The notes under the pieces are model-generated. The model had not been told where the DNA came from. It saw only the letters and a program-made list of their open reading frames with translations, and ran no database searches. This document shows positions 11,504-21,057 of a stretch of 64,000 bases of DNA, in pieces. The translations under genes and the position numbers were made by a program. Position 1 is the first letter of the stretch. The number at the start of each line of letters is the position of its first letter. Source of the stretch: Nitrospirota bacterium (lineage in GTDB: Bacteria > Nitrospirota > UBA9217). The stretch lies in NCBI GenBank assembly GCA_963754875.1, contig CAVWHO010000016.1, positions 352,001 to 416,000 on the forward strand, given 5' to 3'.

Positions 11504-11587
11504 TCACGTCATCTGCGCACGGTGTACGAATAAATCGACCGTGGTCCCCCGTCCTGGCGCACTCGTGACCGTAATGTCGCCGTTCAT
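11504..11587 (-). pseudogene. Remnant of a histidine kinase HATPase_c C-terminus
   Basis: Manual translation MNGDITVTSAPGRGTTVDLFVHRAQMT*; rest of gene absent. Confidence 0.6.
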
Positions 11588-11700
11588 GTCTTGAAGGTAT
11601 CCGCAGATAACAACAATTATAGCAAAAGAAAAACGATGACGGAAAGAGCGGACGGTCTGCCTTTTTTACAAAAAAGCGAACAATGTCACATTCTGTCGTC

Positions 11701-11729
11701 TTGACAGGGAAACCAGCTGTACTTATACT
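11701..11729 (+). promoter_or_regulatory. sigma70 promoter of cydAB
   Basis: TTGACA-N17-TATACT. Confidence 0.75.
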
Positions 11730-11927
11730 TTCAATTGTTATACTCTCTCCTCTCCTTTGCAGAAGGCCGCGGAATATTGTTTACAGACCGCAGAAAATAT
11801 CATATTCCTGCGAGAGTATGCAGCTGCTGTTCGGTGAAGTCGACTTGACGGAATAGAGCGGAGCACGAAAACAGAATCGGGCGCGGGGTGAGGCACCCGC
11901 GTTTCTGCTGAAAAGGGGGTTTAAACC

Positions 11928-13277
11928 ATGGATACCATTGCATTGAGCAGGCTGCAGTTCGCGATAACGAGCATGTTCCATTTCATCTTCGTGCCGCTCA
12001 CACTGGGACTCTCCATTTTGACGGCGTACATGGAGACACGGTATGTTAAGAGCGGCGACGAGATGTATCTCCGCATGACGAAGTTCTGGGGCAAGCTGTT
12101 CCTCATCAATTTCGCCCTGGGCGTGGTAACGGGCATCACGATGGAGTTCCAGTTCGGCATGAACTGGGCGGACTACTCCAAGTACGTGGGAGACATATTC
12201 GGCGCGCCCCTGGCCATTGAAGCGACGATGGCTTTCTTCCTCGAATCCGTGTTCATCGGGGTCTGGATCTTCGGCTGGAAGAGGGTTTCGAAGAAGGCCC
12301 ACGCCGTTTCCATCTGGCTGGTGGCGCTCGCAACGAACCTGTCGGCGCTCTGGATCCTGCTGGCGAACGCCTGGATGCAGAAGCCCGTGGGGTATGTGCT
12401 CCGCAACAACCGGGCGGAGATGGTGGATTTCGGGGCCGTGCTCCTGAACCCCTACGGATGGCTCAAGTTCATCCATACGGTTTCCTCGGGCTACGTGATT
12501 GCCGCCTTTTTTGTCATGGGGATATCTGCCTATCATCTCTTGAGGAAAAACGAGACGGACTTCTTCCGCCGCTCCTTCAAGATGGCGGCCGCTTTCGGCC
12601 TGGTAGCCACGCTCGTTGTGGCCGTGCTCGGGGATCTGAACGCCGTGCAGGTGGCCCGCTATCAGCCGACGAAATTCGCTGCCATGGAGGCGGTCTGGGA
12701 CACGCAGAAAGGCGCCGGGTTCAATATCTTTATCATTCCCGACACGGAGAAGGAGTGCAATTCGCTGGAAGGTCCCTGCATACCCAATATGCTCAGCTAT
12801 CTTGCCTTCCATAACGCAGACGCCGAGATCAGGGGCTTAAAGACATTCGCGAAAGAGGACCGGCCGCCGGTCTGGCCCACCTTCGTCAGCTTCCGGCTGA
12901 TGATCCTGATCGGTTTTGTTCTGATCGTTCTGGCCGCTTTCGGTCTCTTCTATGCCAGACGCGGGACGCTCGAACTCCATCCAAAGTTCCTCTTGCTCAT
13001 GCTCTTTTCGATCCCCTTGCCCTATATCGCGGGCCAGCTCGGCTGGATCGTGGCCGAGGTGGGAAGGCAGCCGTGGATCGTGTACGGCGTGCTCAGGACG
13101 TCCCAGGCCGTATCAAAATCGATCAGCGTCGTGCAGGTCTATGCGTCGCTCCTGGGATTCACTCTTCTTTACGGTGGGCTCGGCGTGGTGGATATCTACC
13201 TGCTGTCCAAGTTCGCCAGGAAAGGTCCTGACAACGACCTTTCTCACCTACTCAAGCCGGCAGAAAAGGAGGCGTAA
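11928..13277 (+). CDS. cydA: Cytochrome bd oxidase subunit I
   Basis: LSRLQFA..FHFIFVPL, EFQFGMNW, QPTKFAAME, GWIVAEVGRQPW. Confidence 0.97.
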   Translation: MDTIALSRLQFAITSMFHFIFVPLTLGLSILTAYMETRYVKSGDEMYLRMTKFWGKLFLINFALGVVTGITMEFQFGMNWADYSKYVGDIFGAPLAIEATMAFFLESVFIGVWIFGWKRVSKKAHAVSIWLVALATNLSALWILLANAWMQKPVGYVLRNNRAEMVDFGAVLLNPYGWLKFIHTVSSGYVIAAFFVMGISAYHLLRKNETDFFRRSFKMAAAFGLVATLVVAVLGDLNAVQVARYQPTKFAAMEAVWDTQKGAGFNIFIIPDTEKECNSLEGPCIPNMLSYLAFHNADAEIRGLKTFAKEDRPPVWPTFVSFRLMILIGFVLIVLAAFGLFYARRGTLELHPKFLLLMLFSIPLPYIAGQLGWIVAEVGRQPWIVYGVLRTSQAVSKSISVVQVYASLLGFTLLYGGLGVVDIYLLSKFARKGPDNDLSHLLKPAEKEA

Positions 13278-13278
13278 C

Positions 13279-14307
13279 ATGATACTCCAAATCATCTGGT
13301 TCGTTCTCTGGGCTGTTCTCTGGGCGGTCTACTTCATGCTCGACGGATTCGTACTCGGCATGGGCATGCTCTATCCCTATCTTGCGAAAAGCGACCAGGA
13401 CCGGAAGATCCTGATCACCACCGTGGGACCGGTGTGGAACGGCAATGAGGTCTGGCTTCTGACGGCGGGAGGAGCGACCTTTGCCGCATTCCCGGGGACC
13501 TACGCGCTCATGTTCAGCTATCTCTATACGGCCCTGCTGCTCCTGCTTTTCTCGCTCATCATCCGGGGCGTTTCACTCGAATTCCGGGGCAAGCTCGACT
13601 CTGCAGGATGGAAGAAGGCGTGGGACGCGGGCATCTTCATCGGCAGCGCGCTTCCGGCCCTCCTTCTGGGCGTGGCCTTCGGGAACATTTTCAGCGGCCT
13701 GCCCATGGACGCGGCGGGCTACCACGGATCGCTCCTGTCGCTTTTAAACCCCTACGGCCTCCTGACCGGCGCGCTGTTCGTCCTGCTCTTCTTGACCCAT
13801 GGGAGTCTGTACGTCTGCGTCAAGACCGAAGGGGCACTGTGCGATAAGTCTTCGGCAGCGGCGGGAAAAATCTGGACGGCCGAACTGCTCTTCGCCGTCG
13901 CCTTTTTGATCGCTACGGCCTTTGCCACGAAGCTCTACGACAACTACATGAGCACGCCGATTCTTTTGATCGTACCGCTCGTGGCCGTGGCGGCACTGAT
14001 CGGGATCAGGATTTTCCTCGCCCGCGGAAAACCGCTTCTGGCCTTTACCTCATCCTGCGTGACCATCGTCGCGGTCGTCTTCACGGGAGTGATCGGGCTC
14101 TTCCCGAACCTGATTCCTTCCAGCATCGACCCGGCCCATAGCCTCACGATCTATAACTCGTCATCGAGCGCCTACACCCTCATGATCATGACCGTGGTGG
14201 CGCTCGTGTTCGTGCCGATCGTGATCGGCTATAAGATCTGGGTCTACCGGATCTTCCGCTTCCGCGTGACCGCGGACACGGTCATGAAGAATGAACAGGC
14301 CTACTAA
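13279..14307 (+). CDS. cydB: Cytochrome bd oxidase subunit II
   Basis: LDGFVLG, GPVWNGNEVWL, RGVSLEFR; SD AGGAGG, start MILQIIW. Confidence 0.96.
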   Translation: MILQIIWFVLWAVLWAVYFMLDGFVLGMGMLYPYLAKSDQDRKILITTVGPVWNGNEVWLLTAGGATFAAFPGTYALMFSYLYTALLLLLFSLIIRGVSLEFRGKLDSAGWKKAWDAGIFIGSALPALLLGVAFGNIFSGLPMDAAGYHGSLLSLLNPYGLLTGALFVLLFLTHGSLYVCVKTEGALCDKSSAAAGKIWTAELLFAVAFLIATAFATKLYDNYMSTPILLIVPLVAVAALIGIRIFLARGKPLLAFTSSCVTIVAVVFTGVIGLFPNLIPSSIDPAHSLTIYNSSSSAYTLMIMTVVALVFVPIVIGYKIWVYRIFRFRVTADTVMKNEQAY

Positions 14308-14325
14308 GAATTGAAAAACGATCAC

Positions 14326-14360
14326 GGGAAGCCCCCCAAAGGGGCTTCCCCATTTCTTTC
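14326..14360 (+). terminator. Terminator of cydAB
   Basis: GGGAAGCCCC-ccaaa-GGGGCTTCCC then CATTTCTTTC. Confidence 0.7.
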
Positions 14361-14585
14361 TCATCCCCTCCGGTTGATATATTTTGTCACAAATATATGC
14401 CTGACGCAGGGAGAATAACGATATCGATTGGGTATCTTGAGGGGAGGCTAACAAATACGGAATGGAACATGAAGCGTTTCAAAGACTGGAAACTGCAACT
14501 ACTTCAGGTATTCTTGACTGAAGATTCACTCGGCATTCTTATATCTCGCATTACCCCCCCGCGATGCGAAGAATTCCCAGAACAA

Positions 14586-15638
14586 TCATTCTGTGAACTC
14601 TTGTCTTAAAAATCCCCGATATAGTGTCGGGGCTTCTTCAAACTTAGACCAGAAGCCTTCATCATTTGCGAGGTCAGAGGCCTGATCGATTGCCGCAGTG
14701 ATGTCTCCTTTTAGACACTTACGAGTGCACAAGCTTGAAATCGGGCTGGTCGGTGTCAGGAAAACAATGCGACGCGGAGTAGAATTATTTTCCGGATCGC
14801 CTGAGAGTGCTTTTTTCACTTTGTTGATGATTTTTTTCAGTTTTTTATCTCCACGCTTATTAAGTGGATGGACGTTACTGAAAGCCGGGCAAGGATTGTT
14901 TTCAACTAATTCGTATCCGTGATAAATTCCCTGTCTAATAGCACGGATTTCCAAGAGGTCGTTAGCAAATTCAACCCTTAGGATTAATCGGAGATACCAT
15001 GGCAGCCGTCCAGTATCAGTACAAGTATTGTAGCAGAGGCGACTATTTGACAGAATGAAAATTGTGTCGCACTTGGCTTTGATCGCTTCGCCGAGAACGA
15101 ATGTTCCGCCATCCGAATGCCACTCCCCGTTAATCAATACCGGCGGCAAGAATCCTTGTAACCCGATAGCGGCAAGCATCAACTGCTTCAGTAATTTCGG
15201 ATTTTGACGTAAGTTTGGATCATGATTAGAAAAAATCTGGTGCCTTAACTTATTTTCGTTATAGGTTACAATTTGAAATTCTATCGGCGAAGCCACAATC
15301 GCTTCCAGATCAAGCTTCTCTACCAAATATTTAGATGCACCATCATTAGAAAAAAGATTCGGCCCCCTGAAATTTTTTAAAAAACCCGTCAAACTGTGCC
15401 CGAAGATCTTTTTTGATCCGAGTTGCTCAGTTTCCTTCCATTTTTTTTCTAAGGCATCAACATCCCAATTGGTGCCGATGAGATCGCCTCCAGAGAACAC
15501 TCCGACTGAAACGCTTTGGACAAAGACCGGTTTAATTCCCTTAACCGCCAGTGCTTTGGCAAAGCCAACGCCGTAAGCTCCTGTGAAACCTCCCCCGTTT
15601 AAAATCACCCCGACTTTACCAAGATTCATAATCGCCAC
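14586..15638 (-). CDS. Patatin-like phospholipase
   Basis: GGGFTG Gly-rich loop, SVSVG nucleophile elbow, DGG; AT-rich codon usage. Confidence 0.85.
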   Translation of the reverse strand: MAIMNLGKVGVILNGGGFTGAYGVGFAKALAVKGIKPVFVQSVSVGVFSGGDLIGTNWDVDALEKKWKETEQLGSKKIFGHSLTGFLKNFRGPNLFSNDGASKYLVEKLDLEAIVASPIEFQIVTYNENKLRHQIFSNHDPNLRQNPKLLKQLMLAAIGLQGFLPPVLINGEWHSDGGTFVLGEAIKAKCDTIFILSNSRLCYNTCTDTGRLPWYLRLILRVEFANDLLEIRAIRQGIYHGYELVENNPCPAFSNVHPLNKRGDKKLKKIINKVKKALSGDPENNSTPRRIVFLTPTSPISSLCTRKCLKGDITAAIDQASDLANDEGFWSKFEEAPTLYRGFLRQEFTE

Positions 15639-16583
15639 TTCCTTTGTTCCTAGAATACTCGTTCAGGGAACTCATGTCTACAAGACACCCTTCCCGCGTT
15701 AGCTTGTGAAGGTTGAGTAGTTGTCACTCTACGAACCAACGAATTTGAATTTTAACCTCAGGTCAGAAACATATTTGTCTTCTCCAACGACTCTCGCTTC
15801 GTTGCAAGATTTATTTGAAAATGAACAATAACGGTTTCTTTAGTACAAATACTGCAATGATTGTGCCTAAGCTAGAATCGTAGTCTTCTCGGTATGTTAA
15901 GTGATAACAAACCTGAATCCGGTGTCAAAAAAAAGACAAGCATTAAACGAGAAACCGTTCTCCCTTTTATGTAACCCGTAATCAGACCACAAGAAACGTT
16001 TCGATAAATCTAGAAAAAAAATATTTCCTAAGATATTCCCGGCATTTAAATCAACACATTCGTTGAAATATATGTCACGATCAGCGTTTCTTTTCGATCT
16101 GATTGCAGATGTTGTCCAGCAATGAACATGCCACACAATTCACAATATTTCAGTCGAATATATACCTGATTTAATTCTATGTCAAACGTCGATGGGTATT
16201 TTTAGGGGAGATGCCAAAGAATTCTGAATGAATCTATACGAGTTTGGCGCACCTGAGAATGGAAACCTCAACGGCTAGGATGTAGTGTCGCACGAGATCA
16301 TGATTCCGGTAGGAACTGCGATCTCATGAATTCGATTTAGTCTTGGCCAGAAATCTCTCGTCTGGCCTGCATCTATTCGATTTCAAATTTTTAATTCCGG
16401 CCTGTCTGCGTCCGAAACGCACAGGAAGATTTGATGCATTAACCATAAAATTACTAAAAAGTGGCAGCCAAAAAGTGATATTGTGACAAAATTTGTCAAG
16501 AAAGACTTCCAAAAATTGTCCGTCCTTGTGAAAGAATACGACAAAATCTACTGAAAATCTTCCAAAACCAGCAACTCACTCAC

Positions 16584-16599
16584 AGGCATGCATATTGCT
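16584..16599 (+). promoter_or_regulatory. Putative sigma54 promoter of two-CW gene
   Basis: AGGCAT-GCATA-TTGCT (GG at -24, GC at -12). Confidence 0.5.
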
Positions 16600-16657
16600 T
16601 TACAATGGTTTGTTATATGCCTTTTCTTGGTATGCCTGCTATGAAAGGGGGACAAGA

Positions 16658-16918
16658 ATGAATTGCTGGGAGTATAAAAACTGTCGGGAAGAGGTGTTCA
16701 AGATCTGCCCTGCATATCCTGAAAGCGGTTCCGCCTGCTATACGGTCACGGGTGTCAAGTGCGGCGAAGGCAAGGTAGAGTTTGCAAGCCTGGACGAGCA
16801 GGTCGCCCATTGCGGCAGGTGCGAGTTCTATGCGCACCAGCGCAATGGGATCAAGTACAGGATCGCGAGCACCGAAATCGTGCTAAATGACAACAGTAAT
16901 CCTGCAATACCGGATTAA
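16658..16918 (+). CDS. Two-CW domain protein
   Basis: MNCWEYKNC...CPAY....ACYTVTGVKC...CGRCEFY; SD AGGGGG. Confidence 0.8.
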   Translation: MNCWEYKNCREEVFKICPAYPESGSACYTVTGVKCGEGKVEFASLDEQVAHCGRCEFYAHQRNGIKYRIASTEIVLNDNSNPAIPD

Positions 16919-17110
16919 AGCATGTTCTCCAAGTCAAGCCCGGCGAGATTTCCCATTCGTTGCAACAGGGGATGTTTTTTTGGTTGCAAACTTCAGCCTA
17001 CGTTGTATACCGGCGGGTGCTCAGCTCGATGTTTTCATACAGCAAGGACTACCCAGATAAAACAAAACCGGGCTTAATTTAATTACTTGTACGGAAAGTT
17101 CCCGGTCCCT

Positions 17111-19156
17111 TCACGCCCTGTTCGTTTCTGTTCGTATTGACGTCTTTTCGATCACGAACAGAAGCTGGCCTTCCTGCACGGTCTCATTGAGCCTGGCGCA
17201 GACCTCGACGATCTGTCCGTCCAGGGGGGCCAGGATCGCGTTCTCCATCTTCATGGCCTCGAGGTTTGCGATCTCCTCGCCTTTGTGCACGATATCGCCG
17301 GCCTTGATCGGTCCGCGCGAGGGGTTGCCGATACGCCAGAGATTGCCGTTGATCCGCGCGCCGACGTTGTTCGGGCCTTTTGCCATCCTGGTCTCGGCCT
17401 TCTTGGCACGCGGGGTCATGACGGAATAAACCCGCGTCTTATTATTGACCCGCATCACCACGTGGATAACGCCTTCATGCTCGGCGCCGATCGACACGAG
17501 CTCGATGGCATAGGGCTTGCCCCAGTGCTCGAAATCCACGCGGTCCCCTGGCTTGGTAAGCCCTTTTCGCCAGACATTGGTCGGCAACGCAAGTGGTGCC
17601 TCGCCGAATTTTGCCCGGAACTTCAGGAACTCCAGGGCGTCCTTCGGGTGCATGAGATAGAGAATGAACTCTTCCTCGGTGCTCTCCCTGCCAATGTCCT
17701 CCTTCAAATTCCTGCGCAGTTTGTCCAGGTCGTCAACAGGCATCGAGTCGAGTGGCGATACTTCCTTGCGCTCCTTGATCCTGGCCTCCCATTCCTCGCC
17801 GAAGGTGCTTTTGTAGACCCATTCCGCCGGCCATCCCACCGGGAGTTTGCCGTAATTGCCGAGCAGTAGACTTTTGAAGTCCCCGGGAGCGGCACGGAAG
17901 AGCAGGAGCAGCTCGTCCTGTTCAGCTGCGTTCATGGCATCAAAGCTCTGTGCTTTGTCGAGGACGAATTTCGTTAAAAGGTCAATGATATGCTTTACTC
18001 CACGGTCACCCTGCTCTTTCGCATAGCGGTTCACGATCCCGCTGCAGGTGACCCAAGTGATCTGAGAGCCCGGCGTCACATCAAAATATTTCACGATCCT
18101 GTTATACAGGGACATCACCTTCAAAATCGCAGGCATGAGATGAAGGAATTCTCCCTGGTGGGCCTGCTCAAAAGAACTGGGGAAGGCGCCTCCCGGCATA
18201 CGGTGAAGCGTTACCATATGGTCGAGTCCTTTGAACGGCGACTCGGCCCACTCGTAATGGCCGATCCACTCCCGCACTTTTTGGACCGCGGACTCTGCCT
18301 GGGGCCTGTTCAGATGTACCGGGATGCCGGACTCCTCAAAAATCGCCTGGACTGCAAGGATCGGCGAATGGCCGTAGAAACGGACGAGCGAGTCTTCCTC
18401 CACGTCGAAGATCGTGGCGCCGGCCTTTGCAGCGGAGAGGAAAGCAGGCACAGCGAGGCCGTCTGTAATATGGCGGTGATAGTTGATCACGAGCTTCGGA
18501 TACTTCTGCTTGATCGCGTCGATGAGATTACCGATCCTGCTCACGTCGCCGACGCCTGCCATGTCCTTGACGCACAGCACGATCTCGTCGATCCCGCCGC
18601 ACAGGTCCACCATGTCCTTGACCACGCCGAGGTAGTACTCGTTCGTGGCCCAATCTGCCGAGGTGAAAGAGATGGTCGGCTCGAACAACCGTCCCCGCTT
18701 CATGACCACTTCGGCAACGGAGCGCATGTTCCGCACGTCGTTCAGGAACGAGAAGCACCGCCAGACATCGATGTCCACGTTGGAAACGGCATACTCAATG
18801 ACGTTCTTCGGATAGGGTCGGTACCCCCAGAGGTTCGTCTCTCGGATCAGGGTCTGCTGCAGCACGTTCGGCATGAGCTCCCGGAGGATGTGCACCTCTT
18901 CGAAGGGGCTCTCCCGTCGGTTCATGATGCCCACGTGCCAGCGCGCGCCGCCGTGCGTCTCTGCACTGAAGAGGCCCATGATATTGTAGAACGGCGCCAG
19001 GGTCTTCAGGTCGTAGATACGGTGACGGTTCTTAAAGTCCGACTGGCCCGCGTCTCGCATGCCGACCGAGGTGAGACAGACCCCTTTCAGTGAGCGGACC
19101 GCAGAGACAATCTCTTTCGGCGACATGCCGGGTTTGACGAAGACACTATTGCCCAT
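17111..19156 (-). CDS. Biotin-dependent carboxylase, carboxyltransferase + biotinyl subunit (pyruvate carboxylase subunit B-like)
   Basis: RDAGQS, KDMAG, HRH metal motif, VTPGSQ, C-terminal EAMKME biotinyl site. Confidence 0.85.
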   Translation of the reverse strand: MGNSVFVKPGMSPKEIVSAVRSLKGVCLTSVGMRDAGQSDFKNRHRIYDLKTLAPFYNIMGLFSAETHGGARWHVGIMNRRESPFEEVHILRELMPNVLQQTLIRETNLWGYRPYPKNVIEYAVSNVDIDVWRCFSFLNDVRNMRSVAEVVMKRGRLFEPTISFTSADWATNEYYLGVVKDMVDLCGGIDEIVLCVKDMAGVGDVSRIGNLIDAIKQKYPKLVINYHRHITDGLAVPAFLSAAKAGATIFDVEEDSLVRFYGHSPILAVQAIFEESGIPVHLNRPQAESAVQKVREWIGHYEWAESPFKGLDHMVTLHRMPGGAFPSSFEQAHQGEFLHLMPAILKVMSLYNRIVKYFDVTPGSQITWVTCSGIVNRYAKEQGDRGVKHIIDLLTKFVLDKAQSFDAMNAAEQDELLLLFRAAPGDFKSLLLGNYGKLPVGWPAEWVYKSTFGEEWEARIKERKEVSPLDSMPVDDLDKLRRNLKEDIGRESTEEEFILYLMHPKDALEFLKFRAKFGEAPLALPTNVWRKGLTKPGDRVDFEHWGKPYAIELVSIGAEHEGVIHVVMRVNNKTRVYSVMTPRAKKAETRMAKGPNNVGARINGNLWRIGNPSRGPIKAGDIVHKGEEIANLEAMKMENAILAPLDGQIVEVCARLNETVQEGQLLFVIEKTSIRTETNRA

Positions 19157-19210
19157 TCTTTCCCTCACATAAAACTTGGTCCGGACAAACCGGTGCTAAA
19201 TAAACTTATG

Positions 19211-19305
19211 TAACCACAGATGAACACGGTAATGCTTTTAGGAAATAGGTCATAGATTAAAACCGTGAACGTTTTTACCGTCTGCGACGCAGTCGCCTGT
19301 GGTTA
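19211..19305. repeat. ACCACAGATGAACAC-type hairpin repeat
   Basis: Terminal TAACCACAG/CTGTGGTTA, inner ACGGTAA/TTACCGT. Confidence 0.7.
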
Positions 19306-20763
19306 TTACATCCACTTCTGCGGACCCAAAGCCGAGATCTCCGCCACATATCGTGCGATCTTCAGCACTTCGTCTTCGCTGTTCCGCTCCTGGAACATGG
19401 AAATCAGCTCGTTCATGTGCTCCTCGATGAACCGCGTCGAAAAATCCCCGGCGATAAAGGCAGGGTGCCGGATGATGCTGAGCAAAAGCGGCGCAAGGGT
19501 CTTCACGCCCTCGACGCGAAGGTTGCTGCTGATCGAGCGGTCCATTGCCCGCACCGCGTCTTCCCGATCGGCGCCCGCGGTCATCAGGAGCATGAACAGC
19601 GAATCGTAATAGGGCGGGATGTCGGCGCCCTCGTAAATGCCGGAAGCCACGCGCACACCGGGCCCCATCGGTGTCTGGAGCCGGGTGACCGTGCCGAAGG
19701 ACGGGCTGAAGGTCTTCGGGTCCTCGGCATTCAAACGGACTTCCAATGCCCACCGGTTCGGCCGTATGTCGGACTGCTGGAAGGGCAGCTTTTTACCGGT
19801 CACCGCATCCAGCATAATGCTGACGATGTCCAAACCGGTGATCAGTTCCGTGATGCCGTGCTCCACCTGCAGCCGTGTGTTCACTTCCAGAAAATAAAAC
19901 TTGCGTGTCGCGGAGTCAAAGATGAACTCCACAGTGCCGGCCGTGGTATAGCCGATGTCGCGCATCAAACGCGTTGCGGTGAAGCAGATCTCCTGCCGCA
20001 GGCCGTCATCGAGGGTTGGAGAGGGCGCTTCTTCCATGATCTTCTGGTTCCGGCGCTGGAGTGTGCATTCCCGTTCGTAGAGATGGACCACGTTGCCCTG
20101 TTCGTCGGCTACGATCTGGACCTCGATATGCCTGCCGCGTTCGATATATTTTTCGACCAGGATGGTCTCGTCTCCGAAGGCCTTCTTGGCCTCCGAACGC
20201 GCCTGCGCAAGGCCCTGGGCCATCTGGTCATCGTTCTCGACCTTTACCATCCCCTTGCCGCCTCCGCCAGCAGCAGCCTTGATCATGATCGGGAACACGA
20301 CCTTCTCGTCGCGCATCCACTTTTTGATCTGCTCGATGTCGCTGACATTGCTGATGCCCGGAATCGTGGGAACATTTGCCTTCTGGGCAAGCACCTTTGC
20401 CTGGATTTTGTCCCCCATCATCCTTATGACCTTGGGTGAAGGCCCCACCCACGTGAGCCCCGCGTCAATCACCTTTTGCGCAAAGATCTCGTTTTCAGCA
20501 AGGAACCCCCAGCCCGGGTGGATCGCATCGGACTTGCTCCGAAGCGCGGCATCGATCATTTTGTCCATATTGAGATAGGACTCGACCGGCGGCGCCTCGC
20601 CGATGTGCACGGCGGCGTCGGCCATGAACACGTGGTGCGCCAGCCGGTCAGGCGTGCTATAAACGGCCGTGGTCAGTATCCTCCGGTCCCTGCAGGTATG
20701 CATGATCCGGACAGCGGGAACACCGCGATTAGCAATCAACAACTTTTTTATCGTTCTGTTCAT
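19306..20763 (-). CDS. Biotin carboxylase subunit (pyruvate carboxylase subunit A-like)
   Basis: KLLIANRG, IHPGWGFLAEN, KAAAGGGGKGM, ERECTLQRRNQK, FLEVNTRLQVEH. Confidence 0.93.
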   Translation of the reverse strand: MNRTIKKLLIANRGVPAVRIMHTCRDRRILTTAVYSTPDRLAHHVFMADAAVHIGEAPPVESYLNMDKMIDAALRSKSDAIHPGWGFLAENEIFAQKVIDAGLTWVGPSPKVIRMMGDKIQAKVLAQKANVPTIPGISNVSDIEQIKKWMRDEKVVFPIMIKAAAGGGGKGMVKVENDDQMAQGLAQARSEAKKAFGDETILVEKYIERGRHIEVQIVADEQGNVVHLYERECTLQRRNQKIMEEAPSPTLDDGLRQEICFTATRLMRDIGYTTAGTVEFIFDSATRKFYFLEVNTRLQVEHGITELITGLDIVSIMLDAVTGKKLPFQQSDIRPNRWALEVRLNAEDPKTFSPSFGTVTRLQTPMGPGVRVASGIYEGADIPPYYDSLFMLLMTAGADREDAVRAMDRSISSNLRVEGVKTLAPLLLSIIRHPAFIAGDFSTRFIEEHMNELISMFQERNSEDEVLKIARYVAEISALGPQKWM

Positions 20764-21000
20764 TACCTGACACCTTTCCGGAGGGACTGTTCCGTCGTTT
20801 CGTGAACAATGATTTTTTCCCAAATCGTTCTCTTTGTCAAGAACTGATTTTAAAAAAGTGCTTTTTTTGCAGCGACTCGGGTCCGAACCCAGAGAAAAAT
20901 GGAATAAAAGGGAGCACAGTTTGGACGGTATTGCCGTTTCTCTCTTTCGGCCTTCTCTCCCCCCGTTCTCCTGACGGGATTGTTTGGCCTGCCGAAAGTA

Positions 21001-21031
21001 AAAAAAAGCCCTGTGCAGGTTGCACAGGGCT
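21001..21031 (-). terminator. Intrinsic terminator
   Basis: AGCCCTGTGCA-N3-TGCACAGGGCT with T-run on minus strand. Confidence 0.8.
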
Positions 21032-21057
21032 GAAAAGACTTTGTTCTCTGCTACGGA

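Noticed and set aside
14586..15638. Patatin as a CBASS CapV effector
   Set aside because: No CD-NTase or other CBASS gene nearby.
16204..16320. TPP-riboswitch-like pieces (GGGGAG..CTGAGA..ACCTC) and a tRNA-3'-end-like 13-mer (TGGCGCACCTGAG, 16245-16257)
   Set aside because: The ACCTGAT/TAATNCC half is missing, no thiamine gene follows, and there is no full tRNA or integrase; matches are too short.
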